DNA of 64,000 nt from Candidatus Eiseniibacteriota bacterium (GTDB lineage: Bacteria; Eisenbacteria; RBG-16-71-46; JAFGJU01), in contig CP070702.1 in NCBI GenBank assembly GCA_020349905.1, positions 1,900,047 to 1,964,046 of the forward strand, in the 5' to 3' direction. Shown one piece after another: positions 8,637 through 17,333 of this stretch. The number at the start of each line of letters is the position of its first letter. Positions within the stretch are counted from its first letter, which is position 1. The notes beneath the pieces were generated by a model, which saw nothing but the letters and a program-made list of their open reading frames with translations, did no database searches and was not told the origin of the DNA. A program made the position numbers and the translations under genes.

Positions 8637-10580
8637 TCAGAGGGAACCGGGCCGACCCCCTACCCGAACTCTCCTGGCGGAAACCCAGAAGAGGATGCAG
8701 GCGGCCAGGCCGAATAGAAGAAGCGAGGCCCAGTCGCTCTCGTGCAGCACTTGAGGCAGCTCGAACTTCGCGTATATGAGAGCGGCAACTATGATCCCGG
8801 TTATGGACTCACCTGCTATCAAGCCCGAGCTGAAAAGAACTCCGTTGTGAATCGCGCCTCGGGCCTGGTTCTCCCCTCTTGTTCTCACTATCAAGGAGGC
8901 AACGTGGTTTATTATGCCTCCGAACAGTATCGGGGTCGAGAGACTGACAGGAAGATAGATGCCGACCGCAACCGGCATGACGTGCGCTCTGAACGAGCAG
9001 TTTCTCTCCTTGAGAAAAATGTCGAGCACCAGGAGAAGAAGACCGATGGCAGCACCTATGCCGACCATGGTCCAGGGAAGGGCCATGTCTGAGAACATGG
9101 CCTTCACTATGCTGGCAAAGAGAGTCGCCTGCGGCGCTCGCAGGAACGGCACGCCCTCTTTCACCGGGACGCCGATTCCGTGAGCCGAGTGAAGGACCGT
9201 GAGTACCGGGGCTATGATGAAGGCAGGAATCACGACGCCAATGACCTGAGACAGCTGCTGCCGCCTCGGAGTGGCTCCCACGAGATATCCGGTTTTCAGA
9301 TCCTGGGACACGTCTCCCGCCGTGCACGCGGCGCAGCAGACCACGCCCGCCACTCCCAGCGCAGCGATGATTCCCGACGCCCCCGTCATCCCCATGAGCA
9401 GAAGCAACGCAGACGAGAAGAGCACCGTGCATATGGTCATACCGGACACCGGGTTGTTGGAGCTTCCCACTAGCCCCACTATGTAGCTGGACACCGCCAC
9501 GAAGAAGAATCCGGTCACGACCATCGCCACGCCGGCCACGATGGCCGTGGGGACGTTTGAGGTCAGATAGCCGTACAGGAAGAACGTCGGCACTATTGCG
9601 GCCGCGGCGATGACGGCTATCATCTTCGTCCCCATGTCCTGTTCTGTGCGCTTCACCTGTCCCACTCGGCTCGAGCCGGTGTAGCCCAGTATTGTGCTGC
9701 GCATTCCGTCGGCGATTCCGCGTCGCACCTTTATGATGGAGGCGATACCGCCCACGACCATCGCCCCAACCCCCATGTATCGTATCTGGCTGCTCCACAT
9801 CTCCTCGAGCGAGCCGATGAGCGTGTCCCCCGCCGGGATGCCCTGGACCGCCCCGAGTATCGGGATCCCTACCAGCCAGCCTATGGCCCCTCCGATGAAG
9901 ACCAGAGCAGCCACGTTGGGGCCCACCACGAAGCCCACGCCGATGAGAGCCACAGACATGTCGCTTCCCGCGTAGAACGCGGTCCGGCCGGCCTCCCACG
10001 CCCATTGCACCGTCCCCTTTATGACCGAGTATGCGGACACGAAGAACTTGAAGACCACGCTCAGCAGCATGGCCGAGAAGACATAGAGCACACCCGACCC
10101 GCCTCGTTCACCCGTCTCGAGCACTTCTGCGCAGGCCAGTCCCTCCGGGTAGACCAGCTCCTTCTCCTCCACTATGAGAGACCTTCTCAACGGGATCATG
10201 AAGACCACACCGAGAAGACCCCCGAACATCGCAATGAGTGTCACAGGCCAGTACTTGAAGTCCAGCCACACGCCGGCTATCACGAGAGCAGGGACCGTGA
10301 AGATAATACCCGCGGCGAGGGACTCTCCCGCAGACGCGATGGTCTGCACTATGTTGTTCTCGAGGATGGTCCCCCTTCTGAGCAGTCCCCGCAGCACACC
10401 CATGGAGATGACGGCAGCCGGAATGCTGGCCGACACCGTCATTCCGGCGTAAAGACCCAGGTAGACGTTTGCCGCAGTCATGACGAGGCCCAGCAGAAGG
10501 CCCAGCACGACCGCCTTCAGGGTGAACTCGCTGATGCTCTTCTCTGCGGGAACAAAGGGGCCGGAGTGTTCGTTTCGCAT
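8637..10580 (-). CDS. OPT-family oligopeptide transporter
   Basis: 647 aa polytopic membrane protein with N-terminus 'FTLKAVVLGLLLGLVMTAANVYLGLYAGMTVSASIPAAVISMG' characteristic of bacterial OPT family; RBS AAGGAG 8 nt upstream. Confidence 0.8.
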   Translation of the reverse strand: MRNEHSGPFVPAEKSISEFTLKAVVLGLLLGLVMTAANVYLGLYAGMTVSASIPAAVISMGVLRGLLRRGTILENNIVQTIASAGESLAAGIIFTVPALVIAGVWLDFKYWPVTLIAMFGGLLGVVFMIPLRRSLIVEEKELVYPEGLACAEVLETGERGGSGVLYVFSAMLLSVVFKFFVSAYSVIKGTVQWAWEAGRTAFYAGSDMSVALIGVGFVVGPNVAALVFIGGAIGWLVGIPILGAVQGIPAGDTLIGSLEEMWSSQIRYMGVGAMVVGGIASIIKVRRGIADGMRSTILGYTGSSRVGQVKRTEQDMGTKMIAVIAAAAIVPTFFLYGYLTSNVPTAIVAGVAMVVTGFFFVAVSSYIVGLVGSSNNPVSGMTICTVLFSSALLLLMGMTGASGIIAALGVAGVVCCAACTAGDVSQDLKTGYLVGATPRRQQLSQVIGVVIPAFIIAPVLTVLHSAHGIGVPVKEGVPFLRAPQATLFASIVKAMFSDMALPWTMVGIGAAIGLLLLVLDIFLKERNCSFRAHVMPVAVGIYLPVSLSTPILFGGIINHVASLIVRTRGENQARGAIHNGVLFSSGLIAGESITGIIVAALIYAKFELPQVLHESDWASLLLFGLAACILFWVSARRVRVGGRPGSL

Positions 10581-11197
10581 TCCGTTTCTCCTTTCTTTGT
10601 CCGTTAGGTCCGGGGAGCTCCTGGACAGTCAGCGGCAGTGCAGAATGCGACTCAGCTCGCAAGAATCGACGCCCCTTGAAGGCCGGGGCAGACGTAAAAT
10701 AGCATTATATCTGAAGACCGTCAACGTGTAAACCGGCCTCCCCGCAGGCAGTGGCGGTGGCCGCGATGCAGTTCTTCCTGAGGCAGTGACACACAGTCCC
10801 ATCCGCAGCCCCTCCGCCTTTCGACGACCTCCTCCCTTCTTCTCCCTCGCCCAGCGCAAGCCCGGACAAAAAAAGTTCCCCGCAGATGCCGTGTGCCAGG
10901 TCAAGATGAAACTGCACCTTCTGTGTTGGGGGATCAGCCCTCTACCGGGTCAAGCACGGGCATAGCAGGGAACCAAACCACGTCTTTGTTTGTCTGGAGC
11001 ACACAAAGAGCAAGCGGCATGCCATCCCGGGGAGGGAACCGCGGGAAGCGTGGCGTCGCTGGAGAAAGCGGCTCGGAACTCCAAGTTCCTGGCGTGTTGA
11101 GGAGTACGGAATCCGGGCCTTTCCCCTCGAGCCTGGAATTCACTGGCAGCGGCACGAGGCCAACGACGGACGGACCGAAGGCCAAAAGAAGTGGGAG

Positions 11198-12094
11198 TTA
11201 TTTCCCAGTGAGGTGGGTAGATTCTCCGACCTCGGGAGCAGGATGGGCTTTCCCCTCGACCCGCACCGAGCGCACGAAGCCCATCATGGAGAGAAGAAAC
11301 ACCGCGGCCATAAGAACCACGAAACTTATCGGCAACGACACTTCCGTGCCCGCCTTGATGCCGAACAGGTTACCCCCGGCCACACTCGTGGCATTTGTGA
11401 CGGCGTGGGCGACCATTCCGTAGTAGACGCTGCCTCCCCTGGAGACCAGGTAGCCCAGAAGCCCTCCCACGAAGAAGATGGGCACGAAGCGCCATGGGTC
11501 GTGAAGCAGGGCAAAGAGCAGCGACGTGAGCAGTATGCCGCGCCACCTTCCGTACCTCTTCTCGAGAGAGCCCTGAAGGAATCCTCTGAAGAGTAGCTCC
11601 TCTGCCACGGCGGCCGCCACCACGACTCCGCTGGCCACCCTCAGGAATTCCAGGAAGCTGCGCACCCTGGTTATCTCGAGAAGAAACTCCTGAATCCAGA
11701 CAGGCATGGGGAATATCTTATCGATGAGACTGGCCACGTTGTACTGAAGCACGATGAAGCTGAAGGACGCGCCGATACAGAACAGTACGCCGCCCGCGCG
11801 AACCGAAGACAACCTGAGCGAGACCTTCACCGATGAGGTGAGCCACCGGGCCGCCAGCAGGATGGGAACGATACCGCCTACCACGAAGGCCGGAGCCACG
11901 GCGTAGTGGATGCCCAGGATCGCGGAGAAGACCAGGGTGAAAACTTGAAGCAGCAAGAAGCATATGAGCACGACTGCCACGGCAAAGAGTGGACGCGGAT
12001 ACGGACCCGGTCCCTCCTGGGTCTCGTGGGCCTGCGGGACCGTGCTCGGGCGCGTTGGTGTCGATTCAGGCCTCTGACCTATCTCTTCTCGCAA
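11198..12094 (-). CDS. CPBP-family (CAAX/Abi) intramembrane metalloprotease
   Basis: Motifs 'EELLFRGFLQ' (EExxxR), 'FALLH' and 'HAVTN' in successive TM helices; start uncertain because the ORF overlaps the upstream gene by 29 nt. Confidence 0.75.
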   Translation of the reverse strand: MREEIGQRPESTPTRPSTVPQAHETQEGPGPYPRPLFAVAVVLICFLLLQVFTLVFSAILGIHYAVAPAFVVGGIVPILLAARWLTSSVKVSLRLSSVRAGGVLFCIGASFSFIVLQYNVASLIDKIFPMPVWIQEFLLEITRVRSFLEFLRVASGVVVAAAVAEELLFRGFLQGSLEKRYGRWRGILLTSLLFALLHDPWRFVPIFFVGGLLGYLVSRGGSVYYGMVAHAVTNATSVAGGNLFGIKAGTEVSLPISFVVLMAAVFLLSMMGFVRSVRVEGKAHPAPEVGESTHLTGK

Positions 12095-12902
12095 CGATGT
12101 TCCTTTTCTCGAGCGCTCGCTCGCTAATCAGTCTTTCCTCGTGTGAAGAGAGCTTTCCCTCGCGGAACGAAAGGCCGAAACACTCCTCGAAGCCCTCCTT
12201 CAGCACCCGCCCTGCCTCTTCGAAGGAAGGCACGCATTCCAGAAGCTCGGACAGAGACACACAACCTTCCCTCACGGCTAAGAAATCGGCACGCGGGACC
12301 CCGGGCCTGAGAAGTTCCAGGACGCGAAGGTGGGCCGGGCCGACCATTACGGAGCCGTGCGAGAAGTACGTTCGGTCCGAAACCCTGTGGGCGCAGCCGG
12401 CCAGCTTGCGGCCCTCAACCGCTATCTCGTTCTCCGCTCCCCTCGTGAAGCAGAGAGGAGAGTTCCCTGCACGCACGCGCGCCTCTCTTCCCCTCACGCG
12501 CGCCTCTCTCCCCCTGGAGACGACCGACGCCTCAACTCCCAGGCGCACGAGAGCACGCCCGACCGCGGCCGCGGCCAACCCTGCGAATTCTCTGGGCCGC
12601 AAAGGGAGGGGTAGGAACTCCTCTCTTGCCACGAAGCAGTACGTGATTTCCTCCCAGTGCAGCAGGGCACCTCCGCCCGTTACTCGTCGCACTACGTCAA
12701 CGCCCGCGGCTTTGCAGTTCTCAACGTCCAGGAGATCCGGGCCCTGCGAGTAGCCGAGTGAGACAGCTGGAGGCTCCCACCTATAGATTCTCAGGGCGGC
12801 GCCCACAGTCCCATCCTTGCACCCATCGAGAAGGATTTCGTCGACGGCCATGTTGCGGAATCCGTCTGCTGGCTCGCAGAGAAGAAGACGAGGTGTTTCC
12901 AT
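12066..12902 (-). CDS. Lipoate-protein ligase family protein (LplA catalytic domain only; LipM/LipL-like octanoyl/lipoyl transferase)
   Basis: 'ALRIYRWEPPAVSLGYSQ' and overall BPL/LPL catalytic domain pattern; start placed at ATG 12902 (METPRLLL); contains an in-frame 21-bp tandem duplication (RGREARV x2). Confidence 0.7.
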   Translation of the reverse strand: METPRLLLCEPADGFRNMAVDEILLDGCKDGTVGAALRIYRWEPPAVSLGYSQGPDLLDVENCKAAGVDVVRRVTGGGALLHWEEITYCFVAREEFLPLPLRPREFAGLAAAAVGRALVRLGVEASVVSRGREARVRGREARVRAGNSPLCFTRGAENEIAVEGRKLAGCAHRVSDRTYFSHGSVMVGPAHLRVLELLRPGVPRADFLAVREGCVSLSELLECVPSFEEAGRVLKEGFEECFGLSFREGKLSSHEERLISERALEKRNIVARRDRSEA

Positions 12903-13047
12903 TGTACCTTCAGACTCTGAGCAGATGAGAAAGCCCGCGATAACCCATCTACGTCTGCGGAACCCGGAGTCCGAGTGGCCAGGTAAAAGTAGCTGCTCGT
13001 CAGTGCGTCGGGAAGGCAAAAGCCCTGAGGAGCGGAACAAGGGAGAA

Positions 13048-13683
13048 CTAGCGGATGAGCTCTATCCCGAGCGAAGCGGGCCAATCCACCAACAGGAACA
13101 GAAGCCTTCCCACCAGAAGAGAAATCCTGGCCATCACGGTGAAACCGTAGGAGGCCCCGAAGGAGACCATCAAGAACCAGATGCCCAACTTGGCAGTGGC
13201 TCCCAGCGCTCCCTTGTGTTCTTTGGAAAAGAAAAAGTAGACCAGGGTAGCGAGGACCCCGACCACGATGACCCAGTTCGTGAACGTGTCTATCAGAGAC
13301 CCTGCCTTCAGCGGAAGCATGTTCGCCTGTATCTGGGCAACCAGGTCTCCCTGCGCGAAGCCGATGATGGCCAGTCCCGAAAAAGTCCCCACCATGAGCC
13401 CGATGGCCCATCTACTGAGCCAGTTGAAGCGGACCGTGAATCTGGAGAACATCAGCACTCCCAGCAGAAAGGGGATGACCAGCTTGTAGTCGCCAGCAAG
13501 GAGCGGTCTCCACAGGTTGGGAAGGAAGACGTTCTGGAACTCTATGGCCACTATGTAGCCTGCTGCGATACCCACGAATATGTGCTCGGCGAACTTGTAT
13601 ACAGGATTGTCCCTGTAGAGAAAGCTGAAGATGGCAATCGTGAGGAGGGCCGCCATGGTGTGTAGGACTGGAGACGGAAGCAA
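13048..13683 (-). CDS. Polytopic integral membrane protein (module B' of duplicated pair), function unknown
   Basis: 211 aa, ~6 hydrophobic helices; weak similarity to the 14506..15126 product (e.g. 'PNLWRPLLAGDYKLVIPFLLG' vs 'SKDWPYAFPLLAGLGFMLTVG'); 4-nt spacing to upstream gene. Confidence 0.55.
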   Translation of the reverse strand: MLPSPVLHTMAALLTIAIFSFLYRDNPVYKFAEHIFVGIAAGYIVAIEFQNVFLPNLWRPLLAGDYKLVIPFLLGVLMFSRFTVRFNWLSRWAIGLMVGTFSGLAIIGFAQGDLVAQIQANMLPLKAGSLIDTFTNWVIVVGVLATLVYFFFSKEHKGALGATAKLGIWFLMVSFGASYGFTVMARISLLVGRLLFLLVDWPASLGIELIR

Positions 13684-13687
13684 GTCG

Positions 13688-14509
13688 CTACCTCCTCTTG
13701 CCTCCGGCCTTCACGGACCGGAAGTAGAGCACGTTTCCGACTATTATGAACACTATGATGGCCAGGTGACCCAGCGATTGGGCGTCCATGCCTCTCGTTG
13801 CGGTTCCCGCCACTCCGACGAGCTTCTCGTACTCGGCCGCGCCCGCAAGCCCACCCAGCAGGCCCACGAGCTGCCCGGACTGGTAGTAGGGATAGTATTC
13901 CGGAGCGCTCACCGCGGTGCATCCCGCAGCTATCGTCACGTGAAACCTGGACTGCACCTGCTGCACCCATTCCTTGGTCCCCGGGTAGCCGGCCGAAATG
14001 TTGACTATCATCGCCACGTCGCTGAAGTTGCGTACGCCGTCCATTATCGGCAACTCGCTCACAGGAGTCCCATAGAAATCAGCAGGAAAGGTGCCGGGGA
14101 TGCTCTTTCCCAAACTCACCATCACGACTTCGCGTCCCTCCTTATAGCCCAGGTTCACGAAGTCCACCCCGTACTTCTTTCCGAACTTCTCTTCTCCGAC
14201 CCTGGTCAGCACCTCCTCCAACAGAGGTGGCCCTCCGGGCCACAGGCACGCCCCTATCACCTTGATGTCACGCGAGAACAGGTGGTTTAGCGTAGCGTAG
14301 CTCATTGGATGCACTTCGGGAAGAGTTGCGGGGTCGTAGTCGCAGGCGAAGTAGACCGTCGAGCCCTCGGGCACCCGGTCGATGGCATCGTAGGCTCCCA
14401 GCACTTCCTTGCTGACCCGAATGGGCAGCCCCAGCGGGATTATCAGAGGTATCAGGACCACCAGCAGGATGACAAGGAACACGTATCTTCTATCGAAACC
14501 TTCCATCAA
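13688..14509 (-). CDS. Membrane protein: N-terminal TM, ~200-aa extracytoplasmic domain, C-terminal TM (module A'), function unknown
   Basis: 273 aa; same topology and faint sequence echo of the 15193..16137 product; start overlaps upstream stop (ATGA). Confidence 0.55.
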   Translation of the reverse strand: MMEGFDRRYVFLVILLVVLIPLIIPLGLPIRVSKEVLGAYDAIDRVPEGSTVYFACDYDPATLPEVHPMSYATLNHLFSRDIKVIGACLWPGGPPLLEEVLTRVGEEKFGKKYGVDFVNLGYKEGREVVMVSLGKSIPGTFPADFYGTPVSELPIMDGVRNFSDVAMIVNISAGYPGTKEWVQQVQSRFHVTIAAGCTAVSAPEYYPYYQSGQLVGLLGGLAGAAEYEKLVGVAGTATRGMDAQSLGHLAIIVFIIVGNVLYFRSVKAGGKRR

Positions 14510-15126
14510 TCACCGCCGAGATAATTGCGTTCGATGCCCAGGATGACCTTGAGCCCCGTTGATATCGCGCCCAACGCTGCCCCTATGAGGATGGCCCGCT
14601 TGGCGGCCATCTGCGGGGCGTTCATAATCCAGTCCGATATTACGGGGAGCTTGTCCCATATTTCGGTGCCGACGGGGACCCTGCCCAGCATCACGATGAC
14701 GGCCGCCACGGCCAGCAGGCCGGCTTCGAGCGTCCTTATTCGGAAGGCCCTGAAGGCCGCAGAGGCGATGAAGAACGCCAGAAGCGAGAACATGGTGCCC
14801 GACATGGGAGCGTAGGCGTAGAGGTAGAAATCGCTGAAGAGGGTTCCGTTTCCAACGCCGAACACGACTCCGACGGTCAGCATGAAGCCCAGACCCGCCA
14901 GAAGGGGGAACGCGTACGGCCAGTCCTTAGAGCGCTTGGATATCTTCTCTCCGTTGATGCGCACAATGTTGGCCACACCCAGCACGTAAGCAAAGGCCAC
15001 CACTATGATGGCCCATTGTTGGAGCATCTCTCCGAAGCCGGTGACGGAGGGATGAGGAACGAAATACTCTATCACCATGAAGGAGCCGAAGATGGCCGTT
15101 ATGATGAGCGGGACCTCTCGCCTCAA
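14506..15126 (-). CDS. Polytopic integral membrane protein (module B), function unknown
   Basis: 206 aa, ~6 TM; paralogue-like to 13048..13683. Confidence 0.55.
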   Translation of the reverse strand: MRREVPLIITAIFGSFMVIEYFVPHPSVTGFGEMLQQWAIIVVAFAYVLGVANIVRINGEKISKRSKDWPYAFPLLAGLGFMLTVGVVFGVGNGTLFSDFYLYAYAPMSGTMFSLLAFFIASAAFRAFRIRTLEAGLLAVAAVIVMLGRVPVGTEIWDKLPVISDWIMNAPQMAAKRAILIGAALGAISTGLKVILGIERNYLGGD

Positions 15127-15192
15127 TCCGTTTCCCCTTTCAGAACGAACCTTCTCACGTTGTCCGACTTGAAGCGGGTATCCATTGTTCCC

Positions 15193-16137
15193 CTATTGCA
15201 CGGTGAGCCACCGGGTGAAGGCCGTCACCCCGAAGGTCTCCAGGATGGCTCCCACTATCAACGCCCCCATCACGAACACTTTCATCCAGTCCGAACCCTT
15301 CAAAGTTCCCACCAGCTTCGGTTCGTCGGAGAGGTAGGCCGTGGCAGCGAAAAACTCCTCGCCTATCAGGGTGTAGTCGCACGCCACTACGAAAAAGGGA
15401 AGCTGGTGTATGTTTGCGGTTCCTGCTATCTGAATGGCACCCGTGCTGAAGCCGGTCTCGGCAAGGATCAATGACTCGGCGAAGAAGGAGCCCAGAAAAA
15501 GGTTGGCGGCCGGCTTCTCCCTCAGCATTATGCCGTCCACGCCGGCAGTGAAGGCGAACTGTTCATCGGAGAGATATCTTATGTTGTCGGGGTTGTATGC
15601 ATCCGGATGCCCGGCGTCCAGGTAGCCCTGCTTCACGGTTTCCTCTGCCAGAGGGACCACGAAGGCCTTGCAGACAGGCACGATGAGGGGGGTCTCATAC
15701 CGGGCCACGAGCTTGGCCACGGTTCCCAGAATGACCATGCTGTAAATCGTCTGTATGTTGTTGACGTCGTCGATGCCGGGCACGTACAGCACGGCCTTCC
15801 CCATCTCGGTGGCCCTTCCGATGGCTTCCTCGATGGCGCTGAGGCCGGTTATCTTCCTGACGTAAAGGGATCTCCCCCTCACCGCTTTCCTGATGAACAG
15901 CAGAACAAGGAAGAAGAAGAGCCCGATTATGACGAGCAAGTTCACCCGGCGGGGATCAAACCACACCGCGGCCTGGCTTGCGGGGTCGGCTGGTGCACCT
16001 GCCTGGGCACTTGTGGTGTCGGGAAGAATCTCTTCCGGAGAAGCGTCAGATTCGGCACGGGCCATCGCGGGCGTCCCGGCCAGGCTGGCAAAGAGGAGAA
16101 ACGTGGCGATGATGAGAAGACACTCGACTCTGTTCAC
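15193..16137 (-). CDS. Membrane protein with cleavable-looking signal peptide, low-complexity linker, TM anchor and ~200-aa domain plus C-terminal TM (module A), function unknown
   Basis: 'LLIIATFLLFASLAGTPAMARA' signal; 'LLVIIGLFFFLVLLFI' TM; C-terminal TM 'VFVMGALIVGAILETFGV'. Confidence 0.55.
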   Translation of the reverse strand: MNRVECLLIIATFLLFASLAGTPAMARAESDASPEEILPDTTSAQAGAPADPASQAAVWFDPRRVNLLVIIGLFFFLVLLFIRKAVRGRSLYVRKITGLSAIEEAIGRATEMGKAVLYVPGIDDVNNIQTIYSMVILGTVAKLVARYETPLIVPVCKAFVVPLAEETVKQGYLDAGHPDAYNPDNIRYLSDEQFAFTAGVDGIMLREKPAANLFLGSFFAESLILAETGFSTGAIQIAGTANIHQLPFFVVACDYTLIGEEFFAATAYLSDEPKLVGTLKGSDWMKVFVMGALIVGAILETFGVTAFTRWLTVQ

Positions 16138-16168
16138 TGTCCCTACCAGGTCCGCTTTCTATGCCACA

Positions 16169-17299
16169 CTACCCCTCTATCATCTCCACGTTGGCTCTGG
16201 GCAACGTGGCCCTGCTTCCGTCTTCAAACTCCACCTCCAGCACCCTCACCTTGGCTTCAGTTTCCAGAACTCGCAGCTCCGACGGGAGGTCGACGACCTT
16301 TCCCAGCTTTCCGAAGTGCGGCTCTCTGATTACGCGGATGGCACCCCCGACCTCGAGGCCCGATGCGGAGAAGATACTGCCGGTGTCCCCGGCCGACCTC
16401 CCGGCGCCGTCTGCGGCCACGATGACCTCGGGTCTCATGACCCCAGCCCTTATCTGGGTGGCCCCGCTCATGGAAGCGCGTTTTCCCTCCAGTGACTTGA
16501 GAAGTGAGAACGTCTTCTCCGCCATTCTCATTCTCCCGAACCCTTCGGTCACTATGAGGGATATCCCTTTCTCCTCGGAGCCAGTTATGGCGACACCCAG
16601 ATCGTAGCCCAGGAACTGCCTCAGGTCCTTGTCGTCTATTCCGCCGGCCACGACTCCCCTTACCCCCAGGGAGGCAGCCCTGGTGAGAAACTCGCTGTCC
16701 ACCTTCGAGCCACCGATGAGAATCTTGTCGCGGCAGGATTCGTCCAGACTCTTGACGGCGAGCGGCTCGTCGCCCGCGCTCACAAGTAGCTTGATCTCTC
16801 CCCACGTCTCCCCACCGATTCCGAAGATGCCCTGGATGAAGGAGCCCTCGGTCTCCACCTTGACTCCCTCCTTCTCCATGCGCTCTATCACTCTCCCGTC
16901 CAGGTATGCGTGCACCTCGACAGGAATGGGAGGCTCTCGAAGGATGGCCTGGCCCGTGATGGTAGACGCGCTCTCGAGCGTTCCGTCGACGGGACTCTTG
17001 CACCTGGACTTGAACAGGCCGAAGAAGCTGCTGCTCATCGCGAAGACTTCGCCCTTCTGGAGCGGAGAACCGATGGGCTTCGTGAGAGCTCCCCCGATGT
17101 CTTCGGGCAGAAGGCTCAGGATGTTCGCAACGTTTACGGTCTGCACGTTTCCCGGCAGCTCTGTGCGGGCCACCACCTGCTCGGCACTGACCTGGCTTCC
17201 TTCCTCCACCAGGACGGAGCCAGAGAGAGGAAGTCTCCTCTCTCTCACGAGTCTAGTCCTGGCAGTTACCGTGACCCCTGGTGTGTAAGCGTGAGCCAC
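16169..17299 (-). CDS. Hypothetical soluble protein (376 aa), no family recognised; GTG start
   Basis: Long ORF with GGAGG RBS 9 nt upstream of GTG 17299; glycine-rich 'KILIGGSKVD...VRGVVAGGIDDKD' segment; codon usage consistent with neighbours. Confidence 0.5.
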   Translation of the reverse strand: MAHAYTPGVTVTARTRLVRERRLPLSGSVLVEEGSQVSAEQVVARTELPGNVQTVNVANILSLLPEDIGGALTKPIGSPLQKGEVFAMSSSFFGLFKSRCKSPVDGTLESASTITGQAILREPPIPVEVHAYLDGRVIERMEKEGVKVETEGSFIQGIFGIGGETWGEIKLLVSAGDEPLAVKSLDESCRDKILIGGSKVDSEFLTRAASLGVRGVVAGGIDDKDLRQFLGYDLGVAITGSEEKGISLIVTEGFGRMRMAEKTFSLLKSLEGKRASMSGATQIRAGVMRPEVIVAADGAGRSAGDTGSIFSASGLEVGGAIRVIREPHFGKLGKVVDLPSELRVLETEAKVRVLEVEFEDGSRATLPRANVEMIEG

Positions 17300-17333
17300 T
17301 TTCTGATTACCTCCGTATCGCGCGTCACCCGCG

